A stretch of DNA of 64,000 bases, taken from contig QPMI01000452.1 of assembly GCA_004431415.1 (NCBI GenBank), positions 310,001 to 374,000 of the forward strand, written 5' to 3'. The notes under the pieces are model-generated. The model was not told the origin of the DNA. It made no database searches and saw nothing but the letters and a program-made list of their open reading frames with translations. This DNA comes from Cyanophora paradoxa CCMP329. Lineage: Eukaryota > Plantae > Glaucophyta. Of the stretch, positions 24,977 to 36,237 are shown in pieces; positions within the stretch are counted from its first letter, which is position 1, and each line of letters opens with the position of its first letter. A program made the position numbers and the translations under genes.

Positions 24977-26185
24977 TCAATCGTAGATGGGGACGGACCC
25001 CCCGAAGGGCTCGCGGCAAATGGGACACGTTCCCGCCCCGCCGGCAAGCCGCTGGACGCAGGCCGCGCAGACGACGTGCCCGCAGGGGTGGAGGAGCCGC
25101 CGCTCGCCCCGCTCCTTCTCGTCCAGGCACACCTGCCGGCCCAGCATCAAGCGGGCCGGCGGCAGCTGGATCAGACTGCGACGCGCGCAGCTGCGCACCG
25201 GGCACTCGAATCGGTTGAGAGCGGCGGCCCGCGCTGCGATCCGCAGCTCCTCCACACGCGCCAGGGCCCCTTTCAGCCGCTCGGCCGCCGCCGCGAGCTC
25301 CGCCTCGCCCCAGGGCCCGCCGCCGGGCGCGCCGCCAGCGCTGCCGCCCTCGTACAGCGCCAGCCGCTCCTCGGCCCGGAGACGCGCGGCCTCCGCCTCC
25401 GCCAGCCGCCCGCGGAGCTTTGTCGCCTCCGCCGCCGCCCGCCGCTCGCGCTGCGCCGCCGCCTCGAGCTCCGCCCGCGCCTCCTCCCGCAGCCGCGCGG
25501 CCGCCGCCTCCAGCTGCGCCGCCACGGCCTCCAGGGGCAGTGGAGAATCGGGGGCGGCTCCCGCTGCGGCCCGTGTCGGGAGGTTGGAGGGCGGGGCGGG
25601 AGCCGGGGAGGCCGGAGCAGCGGGGGGGGGGGGGTGCGAGGCAAGCGGGGCGGAGGGGGTGGGCTGTCGCGGGATGTGAGGGGCGGAACGCGAGGGGAGG
25701 GGGGGGGGGGGGGGGTAGCCCACTGCGGGGGCGGGGTAGAGGAGGGAGAGGAGGTAGGGCTCGACGGCGGTGAGCTGGGCTTGACCATTCCCAGGTGCGG
25801 CGATGACGGCGCGGCGGACGGGCTCGGGCCACGAGTCCACGACGGGGTTGCGTTCGACGTACAGCTGCTCCAGGGCGGCGAGGCGGCCGATCTCCGGCGG
25901 CAGCGCCGTCAGCCGGTTGTCGCGCACGTACAGTTCCTTCAGGTTCGCGAGGCGGCCAGTCTCTTGCGGCAGCTCCATCAGTTGGTTGCTCTGCAGCCAC
26001 AGCGTGTCCAGGTTCGTCAGCTTGGCGAGCTCGGCGCCCGGGATGCGCGTGAGCTTGTTCCCGTCGAGGTCGAGCACGCGGATGTTCTCCGGCCCCGCCG
26101 CCGCGATCTCCGCCGCCGGCCACTCCGTTCGCCCCTCCCCCGCCAGGTCCAGCTTCCCCTCTGCCGCGATCCAACCCCTGCCCAT
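24977..26185 (-). CDS. LRR - coiled coil - C3HC4 RING E3 ubiquitin ligase, copy B (intact)
   Basis: Four LRRs, a Pro linker and a coiled coil. Removing the in-frame intron 25133-25198 (GTGCGC..GGCAG) gives CPVCLDE..HPCGHVVCAACV..CPICREP. Confidence 0.9.
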   Translation of the reverse strand: MGRGWIAAEGKLDLAGEGRTEWPAAEIAAAGPENIRVLDLDGNKLTRIPGAELAKLTNLDTLWLQSNQLMELPQETGRLANLKELYVRDNRLTALPPEIGRLAALEQLYVERNPVVDSWPEPVRRAVIAAPGNGQAQLTAVEPYLLSLLYPAPAVGYPPPPPLPSRSAPHIPRQPTPSAPLASHPPPPAAPASPAPAPPSNLPTRAAAGAAPDSPLPLEAVAAQLEAAAARLREEARAELEAAAQRERRAAAEATKLRGRLAEAEAARLRAEERLALYEGGSAGGAPGGGPWGEAELAAAAERLKGALARVEELRIAARAAALNRFECPVRSCARRSLIQLPPARLMLGRQVCLDEKERGERRLLHPCGHVVCAACVQRLAGGAGTCPICREPFGGSVPIYD

Positions 26186-27073
26186 GCCTGCGGGGCGGTC
26201 AGCGGCAGAAGCGCATTCCGAAGTTCCGGCCTGCGGCCCGGCCGACCCGAGCCGAGCCGAGCCCAGGGCGGCTCGATGCGGCGCCGAGCTTCGATGCGGC
26301 ACTAGCGGTAGCGGCACTTCGATGGATCTCCTTGCTGCAGCAGAGCCAAGCTTCCGGAACAGGCCGCTCGGAGCCGGCGCTGCAGCTGGCTGCTTGGCGC
26401 TAGGAGCTAGAACGCTAGGAGGAGCAAGCGCGCGCGGCGGCCCGGCGGGCGATGATCCAAAACTGCATCGATATCGATATCGCTGCTGGGCGATGGTCCA
26501 AAACTGTAGCGATGGCTGCTTGGGTGAGCAAGCGCGCGCGGCGGGCGATATTCAACTTCTGAAGTGTTGCGAACGAGTTGCGCGTTCTGCGAAGCTGCGA
26601 ATTCGAAGTGTTCTGAAGCTGAAGTGTTGCGAACCGCAGCGAGCCGCTGCGAACCGCAGCGAACGAAGCGCCAGGGTACAGTCGTTTGCCAACGCTGCAT
26701 CCACTTTCACGCGGAGCACCGGCGGCAGGAGATCGTCATCGCAGCAATAGAGGCCACTTGCTTGAATCGAGCTAAGCCAGCCCGGCCCGCGATAGCGGCT
26801 CAACGCTCAGCGAAATTGCGGGCGGGGCGAGTACGCGCGTGTGTGGTGTGCACACGCCCGACGGGATCTCGAAAGTTTGAGATCGCATGGCCGCCTGCTT
26901 GCCTGCGACGTGACGGGACAGCTTACGAGCCTAATCGAGGCGCCCGCAACCGGCCCTGAGCAGGAGCTCCCTCTTGCGTAGTGAGTGCACTGCTTCTTGT
27001 AGACGTCCCTGAAGCGCCCAGCCCGCGCGTAGCTAAGCCGCCGCTTCTGCAGGTCGGCGGCGCAGCATCCGCG

Positions 27074-30000
27074 ATGGCGTCTGAGGAGGCGGCCCAGGCC
27101 GACGGCGCGGCGGCGCCGATCGACGTCGCCGCGTCGAGCGCGGGCCCCTCCCACGACCGCGCGAGCACTGCCCCTGCCGTGGCCGCCGCGCCAACGGCCT
27201 CCGCCTCCTCCCTCCCGCCAGCCTCCTCCCACGCGCCACCAGAGCCGCCGGCGCCGCCCTCGGCGCCCGCGACGGCCCCAGCGAGCCCCTTCCGCGCGGA
27301 GGCGGCCGCCGCGCCGCCCGCGCCGGCGCTGACGCTCACGCGGGCGGCGGAGGCGCCGGGACCGCCGGGCCGCCCCGCCCGCTCGCTACCGGCCTTCCCG
27401 GCGGACTTTCGCGCGGCGACCGCACCGGCGCAGCTCAGCCGCCGCAGCTCCCGTGCGCCCCGCCCCGCCCCGGCGCCCCGCCAGGAGCCGCGGGCCAGCA
27501 GGGGCCGCCGGGACCTCACGGGGCGGGGCGGGGCGGCAGAGTCGCAGGCGGTGTCGGAGTCGATCGGGCTGCTGCGGACGATGCGGCTGCGCGGCGGCGC
27601 CGGCTCGCCGCACGCCGACGGCGCCCTGTACCTGCGCCACGGCGAAATGGCCCTCAACAAGCGCATGTGGAAGGCCCGCCCCGGGCGCGCCCTGGGCCGC
27701 TCCGTCCCCGCCCTGCTCTGAACGCTGCGGCGCAGGACGGGGCGGAGCAGCTGCTGGTGTGCCTGGCGTACAACGACGGCGACCCGCGCGCCTCGCACAG
27801 CTTCGGCAGCGCCGTGGAGCACATCCGCCGCGACCGCCCCTTCTGGGATCCCGGTCCGCCAGTCCCAGCCACTAGACCGGCGCCGATCGAGCGCAGCCGC
27901 CCGCCGGGCCCGCCGGCGGCCGCTGAGCGCTTTCGGCGCAGTGGTGAAGCCGCGGCAGTCGCTGGACTTTGGCGGGCTCGTCCGCACGCGCACCCGCCGC
28001 CTCGCCGACTTGGATCCCGTCAAGGCCCGGTGCGGCTGTCTGCCCGCTCGGCACCGCGCGGGGATCGCTGAGACGGGGCGCGCCGGGTGGGCAGGCCGCG
28101 GCCCATCCGCAAGATCATAGACGACTTCCCCGAAATGTGGCGCCTGGCTCGCATGGGTACGGCAACTTTCCGTATACCGGATTCGCCTCCGACGCCGTAC
28201 CCCCGCAGACGAGACGGTGCGGACCCGCTCCGGGTACGTGCCCCACGAGGAGCTCAACGAGGCGAGCGCCCGTACCCCTTTCCGGCTCCATCCCCGTTCC
28301 TGATGCCTGTACCCCTGCTCGCCCTCCCGCGCAGCTGCGGGGCATGTTCCACAAAGAGTCCGTACCCCTTCCTCCCCAACTCTTCCCCCCCCCCGGCCCC
28401 TTACCCGTACCCCCCAGGTACTACATCCCCGTACGGAACATCTTCCGCTACTACGCGCGCCTCGATGGCGCCAAGGCGCGTGTACCCCTCCCCTCCTTCC
28501 GCTCCCATACCCCTGACCCGGCCGGCGGGGGTACAGGTGAAGGCGATCGCGGTGCGGGCGCGGCGCGTCGACGGGGAGGAGATGTACACGGTCAACAAGC
28601 GGGGTACACCCGCACCCCTGCCTCCCCACCGTCCCCGCCTGCCTGCCGCTCACCTGATCTCCTTTCTCCCCCCCCCTCAGAGTTCGACGTCTTCGTGCAG
28701 GACTGCCAGCTGCTCTGCCGCGAGCTCACCGCCCCCAAGGCGCGCCCCTGGGAGGGGTATGGGATAGCCTAGTTCCGAGGTTTACCGGATGCCGGGCCTC
28801 GTATCCCCCTGCCCTCCTCTTTATTTAGTTTGTACCCCCAAGGCGCGCCCCTGGCAGGGGCTCGGCCGCAGAGGCTGGGCTGTCGCCGGGTCCTAGGGTC
28901 CGGGCGGTCCGAGGCGGGCTCATGTCTAGGCTCGGACTTTGGGTTTTGGGCCGCCCCACCTGACGACCGTTCCTCCCACCCCACCATTCCCCTTCCTCAG
29001 GTGAACATCGTGTTCATTTCGGCGAACAAGGACCCCCCCAAGGCCCTCGTCGAGTCCATGGCCCGCGCGGTGCGGTACCCGCCCTCCTCTTCTTCCCCCC
29101 CCCCCTCCACCCTCCTCATTCTCGCCCCAGGGCGCCCCGATCGAGGTGGAGGGAAACAACAAGCTGACGATGGTGCGCGTCCTTGAATCGTCCGCCGGTA
29201 CTAAGCGGGATTACCCTCTCCTCCTCTCCTCCTTTCCTTCTAGAGCCCTAAAGGCGCCAAAGGACGCGTCCCCCGGGATCATGGGCGAGCGCTACAGCCT
29301 TCGCCCTCGCCGCCGTAGCGCCTAGCGCTGCTAGCGCTACGCACCCGCCTAGGCGAGCGGCGAGCCCATTGCTGCTCCCGCGGCCGCCGTCCCGCCGCTG
29401 CGTCCTTGGATCCCGCTTAGCCACTAAGCCGCTACTAAGCCGCTACTAAGCCGCGTAGCTTCTGGGCTTCTTCTAGGCCGCCCCGCCTCGCCGATCCTCG
29501 CCGCCCCATGCCTCTCTGATGATCCTCGGGGGATCATGGGCAAGCGCCCCGGCCTAGGCTCCCGTCGCTGCTCCCGCGGCCGCCGCCCCGCCGCCGCTTC
29601 CCTGAACCTAGCTAAGCTACTAAGCCGCCCCGCTGCTTTCCTTCTACCCTCCGCCCCGCCTCGCCTCCCACTCAACCACTAAGCCGCTTCTCCTCCCCCT
29701 CCGTTCCTTTCTTTCTAAGCCGCTTCTCCTCTTTCTAAATCTAACGGCCTTTCCCCGCGCAGGTGCTGCCGGAGTTCATGAACGCCGTCGTCCGCCTCGC
29801 CAACCTCCGCTACGTCCGTACCCCCCGGCCCCGCCGGAGGATCTCGGCTTAGCTCTTAGACCCTATCCCCCCGCCCCGGCCCCGCCCCCGCCCGGCCCCC
29901 GCCCCTCTCAACCCCCCGGCCCCGGCCCCTGAGGAGAGCCTCGGGCAGGCGCGCGTGGGGAAGACGGCGGCCCCGGCCCCGGCCCCGCCGCATAAGCTTC

Positions 30001-31048
30001 TTAGCTGGAGACCCATAAGCTCTTATGCTTCTAAGCTTCATAAGCTTAAGAGCATAAGGACGGAACCCATAAGCCCTTAAGCCTCCCGCACCCGCCCCTG
30101 AGGAGAGCCTCGGGCAGGCGCGCGTGGGGAAGACGGTGGCGGAGCGCTTCGTGATGCTCATGGAGCGCGACGTCCTCCCCAACGCCAGGTGGTGCGCGGT
30201 TGCTTAAGATTCATAGAAAAGGGGGAGGGCCGAGAGAAATCTCTGTTGCACCGAGAGAAATCTCTCTAGTCTGCGCCGGGACGGCGGTGGTGCGCCCGCC
30301 GGCCCGGGCCCGGGGCTCCTTTAGCTTCAGGGGCGCGCCGGGTCCTCCCCCACCGGCCCTCGACCTAGAACGTCTCGGGTCCTCCCCACCGGCCCTCGAC
30401 CTAGAACGCCCTCGACACCGGCGGCGGCCCTTGCGCGGGGCTCTGCGGTGGCTCCGACCCGATGCCGTAGAGCGGCTCCGGCGCCCTCGAGCGCGGGGCT
30501 CGCCTGAGGGCCGCCCGACGGCGCAGGGACGACGTGAGATTGATTGCTAGATTGAGGCGCTGCGCGCCGATATATAACTCTGTGCTAGATCTGACGGCGT
30601 GATCCGCTTGATCCGAGGGCCGGCCGCCCGACGGCCGCCCGAGGCCCGGAAATCCTCCTCTAGACCGCTCATGCTCCTCCTCCTCGGGGCCGCCTCGCCT
30701 GAGGGCCGGCCGGGCGCGCAGGGACGACGTGCAGGAGTTCCGCCGCCTCGTGCAGCGCGGCGCCGTCCTGGTGCGCCCGCCCCTTGCCCCCAGGAACCCG
30801 CTCCAGTCCTAGGGGTGAGATCTGGATCTGGGGGAACCCCCTTCTGCTTCTTCTCCTTCTCCATAAAACTATCTTGCATCATATCTACCTATCTATCTAT
30901 CTCACATCTATTTTCGCGCCAGGTTCCGCAACCCTCCCTCGCAGACGACGGCGCGCCCCGCTGCCCTACCCCTCCCCCCGTCCGCCCCCCCTACCCCCGC
31001 TGACGTTCCCCCCCCCCAGACGTGACCATCGCGGACGACCACGCCAAG
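27074..31048 (+). CDS. Multi-exon host protein of unknown function (helical, possibly EF-hand-like C-terminal domain); 3' end unresolved
   Basis: Exon-like pieces bounded by splice sites: MASEEAAQ.., AESQAVSE.., DGAEQLLVCLAYNDG.., YYIPVRNIFRYYARL, EFDVFVQDCQLL, VNIVFISANK, VLPEFMNAVVRLANLR, VAERFVMLMERDVLPNAR, DDVQEFRRLV, DVTIADDHAK. Confidence 0.6.
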
Positions 31049-32110
31049 GTGCCCTTGGGCCGCCCCCTCGCCCCCGCCCCGGCCCCGCCTCCGGCCCCCG
31101 GCCCCGCCCCCGCCCCCGCCCCCGCCAGCTAAGGAGGACCTCCCGCAGGCGCGGGTTGGGAACAGCAAGGGCGTTCCGGGCGGACAGCCGGGGCCTCTGT
31201 ATCGGCGGGCCGTTCGGGCCCTGCCGGAGCGAAACCACTCCCCCCGGCCTGCCTACCGCTCACCTGACATCCTCCCTCAGCTCCGGGCCCAGAGCTGACT
31301 CTCGGCTGCTCTGCCCCGGACCTGCCACCGTCCTCACCGCCCTTCAGGAGCCCATCAAGCGGCTTCTTGGGGGGTCGAACCGGGGGCCAGTCTAGGGACC
31401 CAGGAACCCGGGCCCGGGTCGCTCCCAGGCGCCCGGGGCCGGGGCAGGCGCTTGGGGGTACAGGTGGGGACGATCGCGGGTCTGAGGGCCGTCGGCTGCT
31501 CCGCCGCGAGCCCGCCGCTCGCCGCGCCCGAGGTGCGCACGCCCGCCCCGGCCTCCTCTGCTCCCTCCTCCCAAGCGCGGGCGCGGGCGCTGGCGCCCCC
31601 CTTCGTCTCCCTGCCCGCCTTCGCTCGAGCGGAGAGGGGGTAAGGTTCGCCGTCCCCGGAGCCCCGCTGTTGAAGTACAACGTTCAAATCTGTGATTCTT
31701 TCAAAATTGCAAGAGGAGATCATTAAAAAATGAGAGTACCCCCATCGGGGTGGGCCCGCCCTCTTTGCAACCCTCACCTCTCCGGACACACCCCAACCCA
31801 CCCACTCCGACGCCTTCCCAGCCCTCATTCTCCTCCACCCCTCCGCTATGTCTACTGCCCTCCTCTCCCTCTGGTCTACCTCCCCTCCATCCAGCAACCG
31901 CTAGGTAATATCTAACGTCTAGACCAAGCGATCTTGCAAAAGATATAGCAGTGAATTGAGGCGGGCCCCCAAACGCGCCGGTCTGCAGAGACCTCCTAGA
32001 GCTCTCTATCGGAATAAGCTAGACGTGATTGATGTGTACAGAGAAGCTTACTGCCGAAACGCAATCCAGCTCTAGCTTGAGGTCTATCTAGGTGTTAACT
32101 GCGGCTATAG

Positions 32111-32812
32111 CTAAGCCTGCGCCTGCGCCTGCGCCTCCGCCTGCACCTGCGCCTGCACCTGCGCTTGCACCTGCGCCTGCTGCTGCTGGGAATGCTGAAG
32201 GTAGGTAAGAAGAGACGCGCGCGCTTGTTTGAATGAGCCCATTGTGCTTTCCAGGCGCTCCATCATGATGTTGTATTCATCCATGCTCTGCAAAGTTGCA
32301 AGCAATCAGCCACTGTCCATGTGCATGCGTCAAACGAGCGTAGCTATAGGCGGCCTCCGCTCAGCTAGGGCCGCCGGGCGAACCTTGCAGCCCTTGTTCC
32401 AAAGGCATTGCTTGAGTGCTAAGACATCGTTGAAGTACGATGCTGCTGCAGGGAACCACTCCGAGAAGAGCTGCTCGAAGGCTATGATCTGTGCCTGGAC
32501 GTGATGCGCCTGGAGTTGGTTCTGAATGCGCGGACCTGCAGGTACGGCTGCGCGCGATGTTGCAAGCTGCTTGTCGCTGGATGGCATAGCTTTGTCTTTC
32601 CGCGCTCGAGTGCGGCGGCTCTCCTTCTCGCGCTCTCTCGTCACTTTGCCTGCCTCTGTCGCGCGATACCTGGCTACAGCTGCGCGCTGCGCGGGTGATG
32701 TCTTGTACTGGCGTTCCACCGTGGACGTGCTATAGCTAGCTGCAGCTTCTGGGGCTCCTGTCAAGTCGGCCGAAGTCGAGGAAGCTTCTGAGAAACTTGT
32801 CCTTTCGTTCAT
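32111..32812 (-). CDS. Small spliced basic/coiled-coil protein with a QA-repeat tail
   Basis: ORF 32812 (..AQRAAVARYRATEAGKVTRERE..) joins SMDEYNIMMERLE..QAQVQAQ through a plausible intron at 32288-32383 (GTTCGC..TTGCAG). Confidence 0.45.
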
Positions 32813-32925
32813 CTAACCGTGCTAACCGCGCTCACACGTACGAAAGGCGTCTAACCGCACGCGTCTAACCGCTGACGACACCGCTCTAACCGCAGCCGAA
32901 CCACGGTCTAACCGCAGTCTAACCT
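32812..32925. repeat. Cluster of CTAACC(G) motifs upstream of the 32812 gene
   Basis: About 7 copies of CTAACC in 115 bp. Confidence 0.75.
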
Positions 32926-33411
32926 CAAGCTTCAAGCCGGAGACCGTCGGACCAAGCCGGAGATTAAGCCGTCAAGCTCGAGCCGGCTAGGGTGAACGTC
33001 TCGGGGCAAAACGTTCATAAGCTCGGAACTGCTGCGGCGCCCAGCGCGGGAGACTTGTTTTATCGTGCTTCTGCATCATACTAAGCATGCGTACGCTTTG
33101 GCCGGCGCCTGGTGCGCTTCTGTGCTGAGGTCAAGCCACCATACATCTTAATCGTCAAACCCGACGATTAAAGATCTCATCAACGCTGTGGCGCCTGAAC
33201 GCGCTTGCTGCGGATATCGTACTTATAGATCATGAAACTATAGCATACACAGCGGCTCAGTCCAATTCGATCTCTGTCGCGAGAAACCACGGTTTACGGG
33301 GTCAAAACGTTGTGCCTTCTCAGATCGCCTACTGTAGTGTTATTAGCAGTACTATAAATCGAATCTAAATGCATTTGCGTATGTGTTTACATGTATTCAG
33401 CTATGGAGCGG

Positions 33412-34059
33412 TCACTCCCAGCGATGCCGGAGCCCTAGCTTAGTGAAGCCGCTCAGCATTGGCTTGTACTCGATCGCCGGCCCGACAGGATCAGCACTGC
33501 TAGAGGCGATGCGCAGGATCGATGCGTTAGCTACAGGCAGCTCGCTAGCATTCTCATCGACCTCAGGGATCGCAACGATCGTCTTAGCAGGAACAGCAGC
33601 TGCAGGAGGAGAGACCTTCTTATCAATCTTGGTCTTAGTAATAGGTTCATTTAAAACCTTGTTCTCCATCATAGTCTCAGCCGCGATGCCAGCTATAAGA
33701 TCACTAGCTCGCTTCTTTGAAACTGTTTTAAGACCGGTCACAGTTTTAATGAAATACCTGCTACGATTAGCCGTCTCTGAGATGTACAGCGGCCCATCGT
33801 CAGTATCCTTTAGCTTGCTAGTCTTGGTCTTCTTAGTCCGCGAATTCGGGATCTTATCAAGAATAGCGTTCTCGTCGGCGGTAAGAGCATAGTCGTTGGA
33901 TGCACCCTCACCGCCACCAGCGCGACGGACTAGCGGGTAAGCATCAGTATCACCACTCAAGAACTCGATGTGATTCTTCTTAGTAGGGCTGGAAGTGACT
34001 TCAAGCTGCGGAGTGCGCAGCCGAGACTGCATGTCTGTCGACTTCTTTCGCGGAGGCAT
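33412..34059 (-). CDS. Hypothetical viral protein (MPPRKK..; possible counterpart of 53961)
   Basis: 215-aa ORF with an AT-rich leader. It has an NLS-like start, a GGG motif and a Trp near the C-terminus, like the 53961 protein. Confidence 0.7.
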   Translation of the reverse strand: MPPRKKSTDMQSRLRTPQLEVTSSPTKKNHIEFLSGDTDAYPLVRRAGGGEGASNDYALTADENAILDKIPNSRTKKTKTSKLKDTDDGPLYISETANRSRYFIKTVTGLKTVSKKRASDLIAGIAAETMMENKVLNEPITKTKIDKKVSPPAAAVPAKTIVAIPEVDENASELPVANASILRIASSSADPVGPAIEYKPMLSGFTKLGLRHRWE

Positions 34060-34084
34060 CTTTTAACTAGTAGTGGGAAAAAAC

Positions 34085-34963
34085 TTATGCGAACGATCTG
34101 TCGAAGGGGACGTACTCGCTGGCTGCATTCTTGATTGCGGATTTAGCAGCAGCAGACGTGTAAGAGACATCCTCGATATCGAACTCTAGCACGAACGAGA
34201 ACTCCGTGTTTGTGACAGCGTCTGTTCCATTATGATAGCGCAGCGATATGTCAAGTTCAGACAGCTCAGCGTTTCGATCGAAGCCTGTGACGGGAACACG
34301 ATCCTCAGATGTGAACTTGATGAGCTCCCCGAATTTTGAGTCGATGTGAATCTTTGCGATCGAGCCCGTTGTATAGGGGTTAAGTGTCAAGATCGGGCCT
34401 TTGATCTGCTGAATGTACAGGAACAAATACGTGTGATAAAGTAGATCAACTGGCATATCGCTGAACAGCTCGTACGAATATTGTACGCCATCGATTGTCT
34501 CAGGTGTGTCAAGCTCACTGGAAAGGTCACTGAGAGTCTTCGCAAACCCGAGCAGGTTCGCTAGTTCGGCCGATGTGAAGCTCAAAATAAAGTCCGCTTC
34601 ACACAGGAACCTAAGCCGCATTGAGATCTCTTCGAACTGAACGACGAACTTGCGCTGATAAGTAGTTCCACCGTAACTATACTGCTGGGTTTTAAGCAGC
34701 GTACTTAGATAGTTTGCAAGGGAGGTTGGCGTATAGACTCCGGGCTTGAAAGTGTTGGCACGCGTTTTCTCAATGCCAGAGGGATCAAGGGTGCCAGTTA
34801 TAATTGCAGCTTGTGTGGACAGGTTGAACATGTTATGGAAGAGCTCCAGCGAATCGACTCGCACCGACTTCACATTAACGAGGGGCCTTGGGAGATTGAT
34901 CTTGAAATTCGAGGACGTGCCTTCGAACCGGTCCCTAGAATCGACATTTACGCGGAGCTTCAT
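34085..34963 (-). CDS. Minor capsid (penton) protein
   Basis: MKLRVNVDSRDR..SNFKINLPRPLVNVKSVRVDSLE and C-terminal LDISLRYHNG..FSFVLEF, the single-jelly-roll signature of PLV/NCLDV pentons. Confidence 0.85.
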   Translation of the reverse strand: MKLRVNVDSRDRFEGTSSNFKINLPRPLVNVKSVRVDSLELFHNMFNLSTQAAIITGTLDPSGIEKTRANTFKPGVYTPTSLANYLSTLLKTQQYSYGGTTYQRKFVVQFEEISMRLRFLCEADFILSFTSAELANLLGFAKTLSDLSSELDTPETIDGVQYSYELFSDMPVDLLYHTYLFLYIQQIKGPILTLNPYTTGSIAKIHIDSKFGELIKFTSEDRVPVTGFDRNAELSELDISLRYHNGTDAVTNTEFSFVLEFDIEDVSYTSAAAKSAIKNAASEYVPFDRSFA

Positions 34964-35007
34964 CTTTACAACAATATGCATGAAAATTTTCTGGTCTATA
35001 ATAGCAA

Positions 35008-36237
35008 ATGGCGCAAGCAGGAACAACTCTAAAGGAGCTCCTCACTACCAAAGGTTCAAGCGAGCTTTATCTATCCCCAGGTCTCACCGTCGGTGTCAGC
35101 CCCAAGTTCAAACCTTTCCTTGAAACGATCCGTCCGCGAGGCAACTCGTACGGCTTTGCGCAGACTGCCGCTTTCGACCTTCCCCGCAAGCAGCTTCTAA
35201 ACGGTGTCTCACTATACTTCAAGGTCAGTGTCGCTGGCGGAGCTGCCGCCTCGGTGCTGCCGAATGGTGCTGGTGCCTTTATTGAAAATGTACGGTTTGT
35301 GCACGGCAGTTTCAAGATGGTGATCCCTGGAGACTGGCTCACTGTGAACGCGCTCATTGATAATAGCGTTGCATCCGCCCAGGCTTTTGCTAGCAGCTAC
35401 GGCTTTGGAAAGGACGCGGCTCTTGAGATTCTCGATGCCAGTCGCGAGTACGTGCTAAAGATCCCCTCCCAGCTCTGGGACAATTCGTACTTCCCGCTGC
35501 TCGCGCTGGCTGACATGCCCACCGTCGAAATTGACTTCCGTTCGGCTTCGGTGGTTGGAACTGTTGCAAGTGCTGTCGCGACTCTCACGGATTGTGCACT
35601 CGTCTGCCAGTTCGTGAACATCCCTAGCGAGGAGGCCGAGGCGATGCTAAAATCCGCAAACGAGAGCGGAGGTATTCGAATTCCCTTCACCGAGATCATC
35701 TCGAAGCGCTCACGCCAGCTTAAGACGGACGACGCAGGAAACGCGGTCGAGATCTCCCTTGCCAACGTCAGCGGCCTTGTGCATGCGATCCTGATGACAG
35801 TGCGAAATGCGAATCACCTGGGCACTCGCAATCATAATTTATTTGCTGGCAATGGTAACGCTTTGAAGATTGATTCGTTTGAGATCATGCACAATAATCG
35901 TACTCTCGACATCAGCAATAAGCCAATCTCTGGGTTCGTTTCAAGCTGCTACCACATCCCCACTCAGTACCGCGGTGCAACCACTGGCAATTCAGCCCTT
36001 GGCTTCGAGGACGGTAACGTCTACGGGATTGTGCTTTCGAAATCTGGCAAAGACTCGCTGCATAATGCTGTCCTCGGATACACAGACTTCTTTAATTCCA
36101 GCAGCAGCTACTGCTCACTTACTGTAACCGGCTGCACAAACTCAGCTCCCGCTGTCGTTGATTTCCACGTTCTTCGACACAATGTTCTCGTAATTAACTC
36201 GTATCAAATGTCAACTCTAAAAGTAAGTAACTTCTAA
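35008..36237 (+). CDS. Major capsid protein (double jelly roll)
   Basis: 409 aa and beta-rich: FDLPR..LYF, FIENVRF..GDWL, IP..YFPLLAL..VEIDF. Lies between the penton and the ATPase. Confidence 0.85.
   Translation: MAQAGTTLKELLTTKGSSELYLSPGLTVGVSPKFKPFLETIRPRGNSYGFAQTAAFDLPRKQLLNGVSLYFKVSVAGGAAASVLPNGAGAFIENVRFVHGSFKMVIPGDWLTVNALIDNSVASAQAFASSYGFGKDAALEILDASREYVLKIPSQLWDNSYFPLLALADMPTVEIDFRSASVVGTVASAVATLTDCALVCQFVNIPSEEAEAMLKSANESGGIRIPFTEIISKRSRQLKTDDAGNAVEISLANVSGLVHAILMTVRNANHLGTRNHNLFAGNGNALKIDSFEIMHNNRTLDISNKPISGFVSSCYHIPTQYRGATTGNSALGFEDGNVYGIVLSKSGKDSLHNAVLGYTDFFNSSSSYCSLTVTGCTNSAPAVVDFHVLRHNVLVINSYQMSTLKVSNF

Noticed and set aside
29270-30420. CTAAGCCG microrepeats and short duplications as a mobile element
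   Set aside because: They are degenerate, lack termini, and lie within presumed introns of the 27074 gene.
110-31900. Many long Arg/Pro/Gly/Ala-rich ORFs in the track
   Set aside because: These are shadow frames of very GC-rich DNA; the real genes are spliced.
32812-32925. Interstitial telomere
   Set aside because: The CTAACC words are spaced irregularly and mostly followed by G, not tandem CCCTAA.
33148-33171. 9-bp hairpin TTAATCGTC/GACGATTAA as the left terminus of the small element
   Set aside because: No matching TIR or target-site duplication was found, so the border stays undefined.
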